Assembly (NCBI RefSeq): GCF_006345805.1
Contig: NC_043004.1
Span: forward strand, 78,244,001-78,308,000
Length of the DNA stretch: 64,000 nucleotides
Reading direction: 5' to 3'
DNA from: Octopus sinensis
Lineage: Eukaryota
The translations under genes and the position numbers were made by a program. Below the pieces are notes generated by a model, which ran no database searches, was not told where the DNA came from, and saw only the letters and a list, made by a program, of their open reading frames with translations. The first letter of the stretch is position 1; every line of letters starts with the position of its first letter. Positions 1-12,971 of the stretch are shown here, piece after piece.

Positions 1-301
1 TTAATAAATCATTTAAACAAGAAAAAAAAATTAGCAACACAAATAATAAAAATGATGAACAACAATAGCAACAATGATGGCAAGATGATAATAGGAATCA
101 TATAAAATTTATGTCTATAGAAATTGATATTGGAAAACTGAAGAATAAATAGTGGAAATTTATTGGAGTTTTACTGATTCTATAGAGATTAAATGTTGCC
201 AGTAGAGCTTTGAAAGAGGATAGAAAAGACCATGTGTTACAAGAAATAGGTTCCATTACAGCCAGTAGGTTATACAGAGTGTTGGTGTTGATTTTTTTGT
301 A

Positions 302-741
302 CATTGGGAGGGTCATCATGCCAATAATAAACACATGCACTGGTTATGTTTCACTTCTTTTATTAGTATCAGTCAACTAGTTAACCATTTAACTAATTTT
401 GTGATTAATTGTTCAACTAGTCAATTGGTCAGCTCAATTCACCAATATAAATAATCCTTTCTACTATAGGTACAAGGCCTAGATTCACCAATATAAATAA
501 TAACTGTTTCTAATTTGGGGACAAGGCCAGCAATTTTGCGAGGGGGAGTTAGTTGATTATGTCTTTTGTTACCATTCACTACCTCATCAATGATATGTTC
601 TCTCAACAATTGATTGATTAACTGAATGGTTATTCAAACAATTAATTAGTTAATTGGCTAAATAGTTAACTAGCTGAAGAATAAGAAAGATGTGAAATAC
701 AACCAGTGTGTGTGTTATTGGTGTAATGACTGTCCCAAGAT
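302..741. mobile_element. Degraded MITE-like element with ~90-bp terminal inverted repeats, SINE fragments inside
   Basis: 302-400 (ttgggagggtcat..cactggtt..ctagttaac) is an imperfect reverse complement of 645-741. Confidence 0.5.
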
Positions 742-1074
742 GAAATATAAAAAAATAATCACCACCTTATTATCAATAAAGTCCTAATTGCAGTAGATTG
801 GTAGAATCCTTGGAGTAGTGAATGTCCTGTGGTATTGAGCTAGAGCTCTCTACACTCTGGGTTCAAATCCTATCAAGATTGACTTTACTTTTCATCCTTC
901 TCACCTTCTTCAATTTTTGTCCTTGTATCTATGTTAGAAATAATTGGAAATCATTAATTAAGCACTAATTAACGAATGGAGTCTATTTAATCTATCCTCT
1001 TCCCTCCAAATGGCTACGAGTTACAAATCCATATTACTAAAGGTGATGGAGTAATACAAACGGTGGATGGTCAG

Positions 1075-1650
1075 ATTATTATTATTATTATTAAGTCAAA
1101 ACATAATAATTTAATTGATGTTTGGCGACAACAAGTCTCCTCAAATCTCCTTAGGATTCTTGCAGAATATAAGACGGTACTTTTCTGCAGGTTGACAAAG
1201 TGAGTCACAATTCCAATGTCTTTTAAAAGTCTTTTAGCATGTTCGATGTTGCACCAATTACTACAAGAATAATTGTTCTCTTTGTCTTCCACAGTTTCTT
1301 TAGCTCTCTGACTAGATCTTGGTATTTATTTCTCAACTTTTCAATTTCTTTAGTGCCATCCCTGCCATCATAGGAAATTGCAAAATCTATGACCTTACAC
1401 TGTTTGTTTATTTTGTCCTCAATAATCACATCTCGTCTTCTTGCTACAATAGCATGATCAGTTTATATGGGTAAATCCCACAAGATCCTGTATTTCTCAT
1501 TTTCTACAATGGTCTCTGGTTTGTGTTCATACCACTTTTCTGCTATTTTCAAACTACACACTCAACTAACATCCCAATGCACTCTTTTGCCTACAGTCAT
1601 GCTTGTGCTTATACTCTTTTTGTGCTAGAATACTGCACTCACTTAAAAGA
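1075..1650 (-). mobile_element. 3' fragment of an R4/Dong-like non-LTR retrotransposon (RLE endonuclease) with (TAA)n tail
   Basis: SECSILAQKEYK..HD.VGKRVHW, WYEHKPE..VENEKYRILWD, VIDFAISYD..KEIEK..KYQDL.RELKKLW; stops and frameshifts present. Confidence 0.85.
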
Positions 1651-4042
1651 GGATTGATACTTCTGAATCTTTTCCTTTTATTATATTATTTTTTTTTAAT
1701 TATTATTTCTATTCAGGCAGTGAGCTGATAGATTCATTCATGCATCAGACAAAATACATAATGGCATTTCTTATGGTCCATTATGTTCTGAGTTCAAACC
1801 CCACCAAAGTGGACTTTGCCTTTCATCCTTTTGGGGTCAATAAAGTAATAATTATTCTTACTTCCCAACCACATAGTTTGGGGTTACCGCTGCGTGGCAC
1901 CTTGGGCAAGTGTTTTCCACTATAGCCACGGGCCAACCAAAGTCTTGTGAGTGGATTTAGTAGACAGAATCACGTCCATCATATATGTGTGTGTATGTGT
2001 ATGTGTGTGTTTGTCCCCCATCATCACTTGACAACCAATGTTTGTGTGTTTACGTCCCTGTAACTTAGCAGTTTGGCAAAGAGACCATTAGGATAAGTAC
2101 CAGGCTTACAAAATATAAGTCCTGGGGTCGATTTCATTGACTGAAACAAGTAAAAGAATAAAAGAAAACATACATATACATACAGATTTGTTTAGTGTGA
2201 GTTTGGGTGCACAACATATAACTGCTATTTAGAACTCCACATACCTTTTATACATAATTGTTTTATAAAATTTATTTTTGGAATAAACTCTGATGATGTG
2301 AAGACTTAATTTGAACCACAGGCCAAGATTCTATAATTTGACCTCACCATCTTCACTGAAACACATGGAAGACTGACATGAATACTTTCAGAAAAAACTC
2401 CCCAGTACAGCTTATATGATCATCATCAACACTTAACATCCATTTTCCATGATGGCATGGGTTGGAAAGTTTGACAGGATCTGTTGTGTGAGAGTACAAT
2501 GCCCCATAGTAAAAATGGACTGGACCACTACATATAAAAAGTAGCAGTCTGAGTAAGTGAGGTAGTTCGTAGTACAAAAGAAGATGGAAAAAAGTATCCC
2601 AGATGTTGGGTATGTAAGGGCCAAATTAAGTGGAGTAAAAAAGGGCACAGTAAACAGTCCAATGCAGGGATGTGGTTGGTGGGGTCAAACCCATTCCACA
2701 TCCATGTATTTTTTGTTTCTCATTTCTCATCTGAAATTATAATATATTAATTCATGTAATACCATTCAATAAGTCCCTGACTCCATTTGTCCCTTGTATT
2801 GTCCCCACTTTGTTTAACCCTTGTGGTTTCGATAAAATCATTGTGCTAATTCCAGAGTTTGTGTGTTGATAGTTCAAAGTTTACAGTTCTCGTTGGCTTG
2901 TTGGTTCTTAAAAGATTGTTGTTACATTCCGTGTGGTTACTGCTGTTTGGTTTGATTATATTGTTGTTACACTGTTGCAGTGTATTTGTTCAAACCATTC
3001 AGATATAACAGGATCCAACAAGCCAGAGAATTACGTTGAAATGGAATGTCTGCTTTGGCATCATATCTACAGCTGGATGCCTTTCCTAACACCAACCACT
3101 CTGCAGTATGGACTGGGTGCTTGTTTTGTATCACCAACATTATTGAGGTCACCAAGTAACTCACACGACAAAGAAGAAGAGTCTTTGCTATTCAGGCATT
3201 GATCACTTCCACCATAAACATATCTTTCTCCAGTATCAATGAAATAAGCCATCATTACATCATGGATATTCATGAAACTCTGCCAAAAGAACAACTAGAA
3301 GGTCAATCAGTTAAAAACCAACAGAAAATAATGTCCATTTGCACACCATTTTTTCCCCTCACATATAAATGATTTTAACACAAAAATACACAACCTTTTT
3401 CAGTAATTTCCAAAAATTTAATTTCATTCAATAAATTACATGATAAAAATATATGAATTTTTTTGAAAAAAAAAAAAATAAAAAGCAGCACATTGTCATT
3501 TTTTAAAGAAGTGAAGACAATTCTTTAAAAAGCAGTGGTAGACATGTAAAAATCCAGTAATTTGAATCAAACTTGGTGTTTTTAATATTCCTAATCACTC
3601 AGTTTCTTTTGAAATTTGGTCTGATGAAGGAATTATGACCAAGACTTCTGTAGGCACTACAAGAATTGGTGAGATTACCATTTCTCTCAGACAGTACATA
3701 CAATTCAATGCTCAGAGAGAAAAAAAATTCCAGTGGGATAATGTTGTGGGGAAGAAGGATCAAGTGTAGTAGTTTGTGCAAGGGAAGTGGCTGGACATGA
3801 TATGAAATAAAAAGAGGAGAGAGAAGTCTGGAATGCCTGGGTGGAGGTAACATGACACCAGCTCAGAAAGAGCAGAAATTGTTAGTGGTAAAAAATAGGC
3901 AGAGAGGGGAGAGAGATGACAACTGCAAGGAAGAGTCTGGAGTAAATTGGCTTCAATACGATTATTGATGTTGCTAATAGTTTTTACCTGGTCAGGCATG
4001 GCTGTATAAACTGTTATTAAGACTACATGAAACAGAAAACTT

Positions 4043-5998
4043 CTTACAATTCCATATTTAAAAGTTGAGGAATTATGTACATTATTTACATTCGACATAT
4101 TTGTCCTCATCTTGTTTGTTGTTAACACAACATTTCAGCTGATATATCCTCCAGCCTTCATCAGGTGTCTTGGGGAAATTTCAAACCTGGGTTCTCATCC
4201 CTAGGATATTTTCGATGTTACTATTATTATTATTATTCAGGTCACTGCCTGGAATTGAACTCGCAATTTTGGGGTTAGTAGCCTGTGCTCTTAACCATAT
4301 GCCCATGGGCATATGGCGTAGTGGTTATGAGTACAGGTTACTAATCCCAAGATTCTGAGTTCGATTCCAGGCAGTGACCTGAATAATAATAATAATGATA
4401 ATAATAAAACACTTAAACAAAAAGTTCAAGCAAAAGCTCAGAGAATACGCAGATTTGAGAAAAGAATCAAATACTACAAGCAAAATAAGATGTTCAAATC
4501 CAATGCCAAATCATTTTACAGGGAAATAAGGAAAGAAAAAATAACCATTGAAAATCCACCCCTAATGGAAGAAGTTGAAAACTTTTGGAAAGGGATCTGG
4601 AGTGATGAGAAACCATACAATGAAAATGCAGAGTGGATCAAATGCACCCAAGATGCCTACAAAAATCTACAAGAATAGGTATGAGAAGACATCTCAATCG
4701 CTGACCTAAGGAGGGCACTAACAAAGGCTCATAAGTGGAAATCCCCTGGTATTGATAGAGTACCAAATTTCTGGCTCTCATCACTCTCATCCACACACAA
4801 AATGTTAGTAATACTATTTAATAGTATTATGAAAGACTTGGAAAAATCTTCCCACTGGATGGCAAATGGTATTACTTCCTCCTCCCCAAAATAACAAAAC
4901 CAAAGACCCAAAAAACTACTGGCCTATAACATGTTTGTCTACTACCAATAAGATTTTGACATCTATTCTAGTAGAGAAAACATATATGTTTATGGAAGAG
5001 AATAACCTCTTTCCCACTGAACAAAAAAGATGCAGACAAGGCTCATACGGATGCAAATATCAGCTCCTAATTGATCGTATGATCCTTGAGAACTGCCTTA
5101 ACAAGTGCAGAAATCTCAGCTCTTCATGGATTGATTATAAAAAAGCCTTTGACAGCATACCACATTCGTGGATTCTGAAATCACTGGACATTTTCAAAAT
5201 TTCTCCTATGATTTCAGATTTTTTAAAGTATAATATGTCACTATGGAACACGAAGCCACAATTATATCATTCTAATGGAGTATTGCGCTCAAACAATATT
5301 AGGGAGAAAATGTGTCGATTCTCTGGGACTTCCCCGTACATACCAACAAAACTATAAAAGCTAATAAACCGGATATTATCATAAAAGATCAGACAAAAAG
5401 GATGTGTTTATTAATTGACATGAGTATTCCTTGCGATCACAATATAGCAGCGAAAGAATTTGACAAGATTAGTAAATATAAAGACTTGCTAATAGAAATT
5501 GAAAAAAATGTGGCATCTCAAGGCAACTACAGTACCAGTGATTGCAGGAGCTCTAGGAATGATAAAAAAAGGTACTGAAACCTATTTGAAAATGATACCA
5601 GGCTTACCATCCCTACAGGAAGTGCAAAAAATTGTGTTGACTGGAACAGCTCATGTGCTGAGAAGAGCATTATCGCTGTGAAAACAACATCCATTCATGA
5701 ATTTATTTATTTATTAATTTTTTAAAATACATATTTTACCTGTGAATTTGCGTGTGTAATCTGGGATTGCATACAATGAGCTTCTCTGCCCTAGGTGTAT
5801 AGAAAACACTCGGCAAGAAATGGAAGAAAATTTGAAGAAAGAAGAAAAAAAAAACAACAACGGCAACACCTTAGCAATGAGAACTCAGGTTTGAAATTTC
5901 CCCAAGACACCTGATGAAGACTGGAGGATATATCAGCCGAAACGTTATGTTAACAACAAACAAGATGAGGACAAATATCTGTCAAATGTAAATAATGT
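4043..5998. mobile_element. Palindromic tRNA/hammerhead element interrupted by an R4/Dong-like LINE
   Basis: Left arm 4045-4305; symmetry centre gccca|tgggc at 4305/4306; right tRNA head to 4383; right arm resumes ~5852-5998; 9-bp TSD agaaaactt at 4034-4042 and 5999-6007. Confidence 0.8.
4407..5851 (+). mobile_element. 5'-truncated, internally deleted R4/Dong-like LINE (N-terminal RT part fused to RLE)
   Basis: WKSPGID, YxPITCLST, IDYKKAFDSIPH, then a jump at ~5305 to ILWDFPVHT..NKPDIII..IDMSIP..KYKDL..VPVIAGALG; 5' flank is (AAT)n. Confidence 0.92.
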
Positions 5999-7001
5999 AG
6001 AAAACTTGCAAATTTCTTGTTTAATAAGCTTAATATCAGTTATGCCAGGATAGCTTGTATCCTTTAATACCCTGGGAGCTAAGACAGGAATGCAAGAGGG
6101 CCTCAGGGCTGCCATCAAAGAGAGGGGCCAGACCTTATAGGGATTAACTCTTCTAAGAGGTAAAAATGGATTTGGTTAGGACCAACACCCAAACCCAGGA
6201 AAATATAAAACTATAGAAGCATGGACGACAAGTCAAAATCACGAAGTCCCAAAGGAGGAAGGCTCAGGGAAGCATTCAGCCTAGAATCGAGATCAGTAGA
6301 GAGTCTAGTACTTGTTTTGTATTAATCTCCTTTGCTGAACCACTATTACGGGGATGTAAACAAACCAACCAACACTGGTTGATGTTGTCAAGTGATGTGG
6401 CATGGAGAAGGAGTCAAACACAAAGACATGCACACACACACAACGGGCTTCTGCACAGTTTCCAAGTATGAAAATCACAAATTCACACTGGTTGGCCCAA
6501 TGGCTGTAGGAGAAAAAAGACACTTGCCAAAGGCATTGCATGTTGGGACTGTGTCCTGCACAGTATGCACTGAACTTCTTAACTACATGGCCATACCAGT
6601 GCCATAATTGATTTCCAGTATTGGCACATGGGCAGAAATTTGTGCAAGGCAGGGGTGGGGGAATGCACATTCGATCAAACTCAGTTGTTTACTGGTATTT
6701 ATTATACCAACCATTCAAAGAGAACAAGTAAAAAGCTAACTTCAGCAGAATTTGAACTCAGAGCCTGAAGGGACATAACTACATACGGCAAGATATTGAC
6801 CCCGCCATTCCCTCATATCAACCTTCATAAATGGATGAAACTGAGAAGAACACTCACAATATTTTCTAAAAAAACATAAGTAGTTTATCAAAAACTATAC
6901 AACTGATGGTTTTTCTATTAAATATTTAGAAAAACCTCTTATGAAAGACATTTTAAAGAATTTATCAACTTCTGATGATGTTTCAGTCAATGTTGTGATG
7001 G

Positions 7002-7096
7002 TCACGTTCTTTGGTAATGTGAGATATCGGTTCTTTGGATTTGGTAACCATTATTCATTAACTTGCGGAAGATGTTGGCAATATTCAAGCAGTCAT
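7002..7096 (-). CDS. ERI3: ERI3 terminal coding exon 7 (D-DCLNIANIFRKLMNNGYQIQRTDISHYQRT*)
   Basis: 95 nt; completes HSGIDDC.NIANI; acceptor tttcttag; TGA at 7002-7004. Total CDS 678 nt = 225 aa. No SAP domain (ERI1) or C-terminal GRF finger (ERI2). Confidence 0.93.
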
Positions 7097-8228
7097 CTAA
7101 GAAATGAAAAAAAAAAGTTTTTTTAATAGTTATTTAATAAACGATATCAGAGGGAATAATTCTTTAGCAATAAAACTGACCATTCTGGCCAAAATATTCC
7201 ACTTATTTTGTGTTCCAACCAGATCCAGCCTCTCAAACTTACCCTACAAAGTCATTCTAAAGATAAGCAATCATGTCATTGAGCTACAAGATAATGCAGG
7301 ATTAATTTAAAACAATGTAGATAAATAAAGATTACAATTTGACAGAGGAATCTGAACACGAAAGGGTTAAAGGTCACCATTTTCACCTTTATTTACAAAA
7401 TCATCATCATTGTTTTGGCATCTATTTTTTCCATGCTTGCATGGGTCAGACGGAGTTCATTGAGGGAGGTTTTTCTACAACTGGATACTCTTCCTGTCAC
7501 CAACCCATACCTGTTTCCAAGCAAGATTATATCTCTGCAAGGCCAGACATGTCTTTGCAGAATGTGGGAAACAATCAACACTGCTTGTACGACTGACAGT
7601 CATTTACACACAAGCACCCCCCACCCACTCGTCCATCCATCTTTTATTGTCGTTGGCATCCTTTTGTCTCGGGAGACAATGGAGTTGTGCATAAAATAAT
7701 CCACTTTGGTCTTTACATTTCATGTCCTTTACATCTGCTATGGCTGTGTAGTCCTATCCTGGACAAACACTCCCTCTAGCAGGTGATGCAGATGTCACTG
7801 AAGTGTCCTCTCTAGTTTTGCGCAGGCCTGGGCTAGATGTAAGAAAATCCTGGGTAGCCCAATTGTCAGGATTCCTCTCTCGACCTTGCTGACGTGGTCC
7901 AAAGGAGTGCAGAGCATTATGTTTGGCACCAGCTTGGCTGCAGGAGCTGCTGGAAGAGTGTCGAGTAGAACACTAAACCACCTACAGGGCTCCACTCTTC
8001 GTCTTGCTGTACATTAGCTCACTCTCGCCATCAAATCGATGTTGTCTGAACAGGTGCACGGTGTACCATGGGTCAGGTGTTGAAGTGGATCACAGAGCAA
8101 CATCAGATGAAGTGTTTTCCTTAAGAACATAACACACACCGCCTGGTCTAGGAATTGAAATCACGATCTCAAATTCGTGACTGTAACATCCCAAATACTA
8201 AGCTATGGGCCCTTACACACACATATAT

Positions 8229-8273
<45 letters not shown>

Positions 8274-8283
8274 TACACACACG

Positions 8284-8341
<58 letters not shown>

Positions 8342-9031
8342 TACACTCTAAGAGCAGAGAGATGCTGTCCTGTCTGCTGACTCTGTACCTTCCAGCCCAT
8401 GTGAAATAAGAAATCCCTCACTTGAAGAACAAGGGTTAGTAACAAGAAAGGCACCCAGCTGTAAGACAATACTTCAATAATGTACTGATCTAACCCATGC
8501 TAGCAAGGAAAAACAGAAGTAAAGATACAGCTGCTTGCTTTAGTCTTCTTCATGGACGACAGGCTCCACACCTACTTAAATATGTGAAGCTTAGTGCCGG
8601 TGGCATGTGTAAAAAGATTTGAGCGAGGTCATTGCCAGTATCGCCTGACTAGCCCCCGTGCCGGTGGCACGTAAAAAGCACCCACTACACTCTTGGAGTG
8701 GTTGGCATTAGGAAGGGCATCCAGCTGTAGAAACTCTGCCAGATCAAGATTGGAGCCTGGTGCGGCCATCTGGTTCGCCAGCCCTCAGTCAAAACCGTCC
8801 AACCCATGCTAGCATGGAAAGCGGACATTAAATGGGGATGATGATGATCATCCAGTTATACTACATGTTCTCTAAAAATATGCAAACATCTAAATAGATA
8901 AAAAAACCCCACCTATCTGCTCCATGTTAGGATGTATAAAAGGACATAAAAAAATGAAATAAATAAAATTTATAACTCAATAAGACACAATAATGGTAGT
9001 TCTTGAATATACGAAGGATCTGGAGACTTAC

Positions 9032-9128
9032 CAATTCCACTATGGTGGTGTCCAATATGTGGTAGCCTATAATGTTCCAACATATTCAACAGACCTCGAG
9101 GCCATTTTGACGTGGAATTGGCAAAAAT
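9032..9128 (-). CDS. ERI3: ERI3 exon 6 (IFANSTSKWPRGLLNMLEHYRLPHIGHHHSGI-D)
   Basis: 97 nt, phase 0/1; carries the catalytic His of ExoIII (HSG); acceptor catttgcag, donor gtaagt. Confidence 0.93.
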
Positions 9129-10324
9129 CTGCAAATGAATGAAAATATTTATCAGAAAACAAGATGGAAGCATAAAAGGAAGTTCATAACAAAATATGGT
9201 GGCATGTAAAAGTACCCACTACACTCTCGGAGTGGTTGGCATTAGGAAGGGCATCCAGCGGTAGAACCTTTACCAAATCAGATTGGAGCCTGGTGCAGCC
9301 TCCTTGCTTGCCAGTCCCTAGTCAAACCGTCCAACCCATGCCAGCATGGAAAACAGACGTTAAACAATGATGATGATGATGATCGACTTTCTTTTATTCT
9401 TTTAATTGTTTCAGTCATATGACTTGTGGCCATGCTGGAGCACTGCCTTTAGTCGAGCAAATTGATATCAGAACTTATTCTTTGTAAGCCTAGTACTTAT
9501 TCTATCGGTCTTTTGCCGAACTGCTAAGTTACGGGGACGTAAACACACCAGCATTGGTTGTCAAGCGATGTTGGGGGGACAAGCAGACACACAAACACCC
9601 ACATACATATATATACATATATATGACAGGCTTCTTTCAGTTTCCGTCTACCAAATCCACTCACAAGGCTTTGGTCGGCCCAAATATATATAATCATCAT
9701 TTAATGCCCATTGTCCATGCTGGCATGGGTTGGATGGTTTGACCAAATTTGTACACTGGAAGGTTGCATCAAGCTCCAGACTGATTTTGCATGGTTTTCT
9801 ACAGCTGGATGCAATGCCAACCACTCCAAGAATGTAATGGGTGCTTTTATGTGCCACCGGCATGGGTGCCATTTACGTGGCACTGGTATCTGCTATGACT
9901 GCAATTTTGCTCAATTTGATGGATCTTCTTCTCAAGCATGACATAATGCCAAAAGTTTTGGTCATTGCCTCCATGAGGCCCAACACTCAGAAGGAACTCA
10001 GCCACCTCACCTCCATAAGGCCCAACATTCAAAAGGGATTTAGCCACTTTGCCTCCATGAGGCCCAATGCTCAGAAGGAACTCACCCACTTTGTCTCCTT
10101 CAGGCCATATATATATATATGTATATATATATTTATGGACTTCTTTCAGTTTCTGTTAACCAAATCTAAAAATATGCAAACATCTAAATAGATAAAAAAA
10201 ACCCACCTATCTGCTCCATGTTAGGATGTATAAAAGGACATAAAAAATGAAATAAATAAAATTTATAACTCAATAAGACACAATAATGGTAGTTCTTGAA
10301 TATACGAAGGATCTGGAGACTTAC

Positions 10325-10392
10325 CAATTCCACTATGGTGGTGTCCAATATGTGGTAGCCTATAATGTTTCAACATATTCAACAGACCTCGA
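10325..10392 (-). pseudogene. Partial duplicate of ERI3 exon 6 (RGLLNMLKHYRLPHIGHHHSGI), native acceptor lost, donor kept
   Basis: 10165-10392 is a near-identical copy of 8871-9099, with an E>K substitution in the exon part. Confidence 0.85.
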
Positions 10393-10853
10393 AAGAAGTC
10401 CATTTGATGGATCTTCTTCTCAAGCATGACATAATGCCAAAAGTTTTGGTCATTGCCTCCATGAGGCCCAACACTCAGAAGGAACTCAGCCACCTCACCT
10501 CCATAAGGCCCAACATTCAAAAGGGATTTAGCCACTTTGCCTCCATGAGGCCCAATGCTCGGAAGGAACTCACCCACTTTGTCTCCTTCAGGCCATATAT
10601 ATATATATATGTATATATATATATTTATGGACTTCTTTCAGTTTCTGTTAACCAAATCAACCCACAAGGCTTTGGTTGGCTGGAGGCTAAAGCTGAAGAC
10701 GTTTGCCCAAGGTGCCACACAGTGGGATTGAACCCAGAACCAAATGGTTGAGAAGCAAGCTTCTTACCACACACCCATGCCTGCACCAATCAACTGTATT
10801 TTTATTTCATGGTGAATTAATGGGAAGTAATAGAATTATTTTTGGGGTTTTAC

Positions 10854-10926
10854 CTTTTTGATATTAATCCAGTTTGAGAAATAGGTTTTTCGTTCAAGAC
10901 TGAAATGGTTGCACTGATCTGGAAGC
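10854..10926 (-). CDS. ERI3: ERI3 exon 5 (M-LPDQCNHFSLERKTYFSNWINIKK)
   Basis: 73 nt, phase 2/0; MLPxQC...YF..WINxKK; acceptor tctttccag, donor gtaaaa. Confidence 0.93.
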
Positions 10927-11689
10927 CTGGAAAGATAAAATAAAAATAAAGTGTGTAGGAGGGGAAAAAGAGAACAGATTTGAAAAAATTCTAAAAAGCA
11001 ACTATTGGAGTAAATTCTAATAAAATTTGGATTGTTTTTATGTTTTTTACTTGGTGCATCTGGATGGAGGGACAGTGCCCATGGCTGTCTCAGATCTGTG
11101 AGATGGATACAATTAATGTTGCTCATGAATCTAAGTCCACATATACAAGGAGACACCAGAGGGATCATGTTCTGTGAGGGACTGTGCACACAGTAATTAG
11201 TGTGGGGCCAGTGGGAGGTGGGGAGTTGGACATAACGAGAGTGATGAGAGGAGGTGAAACATGTGAGGTGGGAATGAGTGAGTGGGAGTGGTATGAGCTC
11301 TGTTGGCTCCGAGGAACAGAGGCCATCATAGTAGTGGTAGAAAAGGTGGCGGGAGAGGATACAGCACATCTGTAGATGGAGGGGCTGGAGTATGTTTGTG
11401 AGTGACTTAATGCCTACCAGATGGATGGCTCTTTTCAGGAGGGCACCTAAGATGTTTGCATAAACAACAGCAATACCATTCCAGATGTCAGAGCAAACTA
11501 AACACTTATTGAAGGTCTCTAATAGTTCTGTGTTATATATTCTGTCCATATAAATTTAAATTACTAAAAAGCATTTATTTAAAGGACTTGTTGAAGACAT
11601 GACTAAAAATTACAAGTTTGAGGAACTTAGATTTTACTGATGAATAATCACAAGTTGAAGATTCATCAGAACGTAATGCCTAGACCTTT

Positions 11690-12258
11690 GGCATATGGCG
11701 TAGTGATTAAGAGCATGGGCTACTAACCCCAAGATTCCAAGTTCGATTCCAAGCGGAGCCCTGAATAATAATAACAACAACAACAACATCGAAAAACACC
11801 TCAGGAATGAGAACCCAGGTTCAAAATTTCCCCCAAGACATCTGATGAAGCCTGGAGGGTATATCAGCTGAAACGTTGTCATCATCATCATTTAACGTCC
11901 ACTTTCCATGCTAGCATGGGTTGGGCGATTTTGACTGTGGGCTGGCGAACCAGATGGCCGCACCAGGCTCCAATCTTGATCTGGCAGAGTTTCTACAGCT
12001 GGATGCCCTTCCTAATGCCAACCACTCCGAGAGTGTAGTGGGTGCTTTTTACGTGCCACCAGCATGGGGCCAATCAGGCGATACTGGCAATGACCTTGCT
12101 CGAATCTTTTTACACATGCCACTGGCACAGGTGCTAGTAAGGTGACATTGGTAACGATCATGCTCGAATGGTGCCCTTTTTATGTTCCTCCGGCATGGAG
12201 CCAGTTGGCTGCTCTGGCAACGACGAGGACAAATATCTGTCAAATGTAAATAATGTAT
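11690..12258 (+). mobile_element. Single arm of the tRNA/hammerhead element, split by an RTE-related short repeat
   Basis: tRNA head 11690-11763; hammerhead motif 11838-11879; inserted repeat ~11880-12220; arm tail gaggacaaatatctgtcaaatgtaaataatgta resumes at ~12226. Confidence 0.75.
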
Positions 12259-12404
12259 TCCTGTTTCCTTTAAATTGATGCCATGGAAAAAAAAAAGCAG
12301 CCAGTACACACTGTAAAGTGGATGGCATTAGAAAGGGCATCCAGCCATAGAAACCATGCCAATTGGAACTTGATGCAATCCTTTAACTCATCACATTATG
12401 TTAA

Positions 12405-12625
12405 CCCTTTCGTTACCAACCCGGCTGAAACCAGCTCTAGCTCTTTAATATACATGTCTTGTTTCCATAAGTTTTTAATTAAAATCTTCCACCAAACCTT
12501 AGTCACAATTTATGTTCCTAACACTAGCTTAATTATAACTAAGTTATTTTATTAAATTCTTTGTTATATTTAAAATAATTGAAAGAAACACTGAGCATCA
12601 CAAAATAAATTCAGTAACGAAAGGG
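12405..12625. mobile_element. piggyBac-type MITE
   Basis: TTAA-CCCTTTCGTTAC ... GTAACGAAAGGG-TTAA; 221 bp; in ERI3 intron 4. Confidence 0.85.
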
Positions 12626-12971
12626 TTAAACCATCCAACGCATGGAAGACAGACACTAAATGATGTTGAGGATGTTTGTGTGTGAATGCATGTAGGGGTC
12701 TCTTTGTCTTGACATTGTGTGATAGTTGTAAATGAGTGTCACTGTCATACAAGCAGTGTCATTCAGTTCCCAATATATTGCAAAAATATGTCTGACCATT
12801 GCTTGGAACAGGAAAGGGTTTGCCTGACCCATGCAGATATCGAAAAGTGGTCATGAAAACAATGATGAAGATGATAATGATGATGATGATGAACAACAAT
12901 GGAAACAGAAGAAAAAGCAACAGTTGACTTGAGTTGTGATGAAAGATAAAAATGAGAAACACAATTCTTAC

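Noticed and set aside
3170-3283. Strong minus-strand acceptor followed by SFMNIHDVMMAYFIDTGERYVYGG
   Set aside because: No recognisable homology, frame ambiguous, and the only good donor lies in a SINE. Could be an exon of a neighbouring gene; needs RNA-seq.
3602-3670. Possible plus-strand exon (SFEIWSDEGIMTKTSVGTTRI, donor gtgaga)
   Set aside because: Short, no recognised family, no partner exons identified.
4306-4380. tRNA gene candidates (also at 11690, 49365, 60940)
   Set aside because: A and B boxes are present but acceptor and T stems do not pair; these are element heads, not functional tRNAs.
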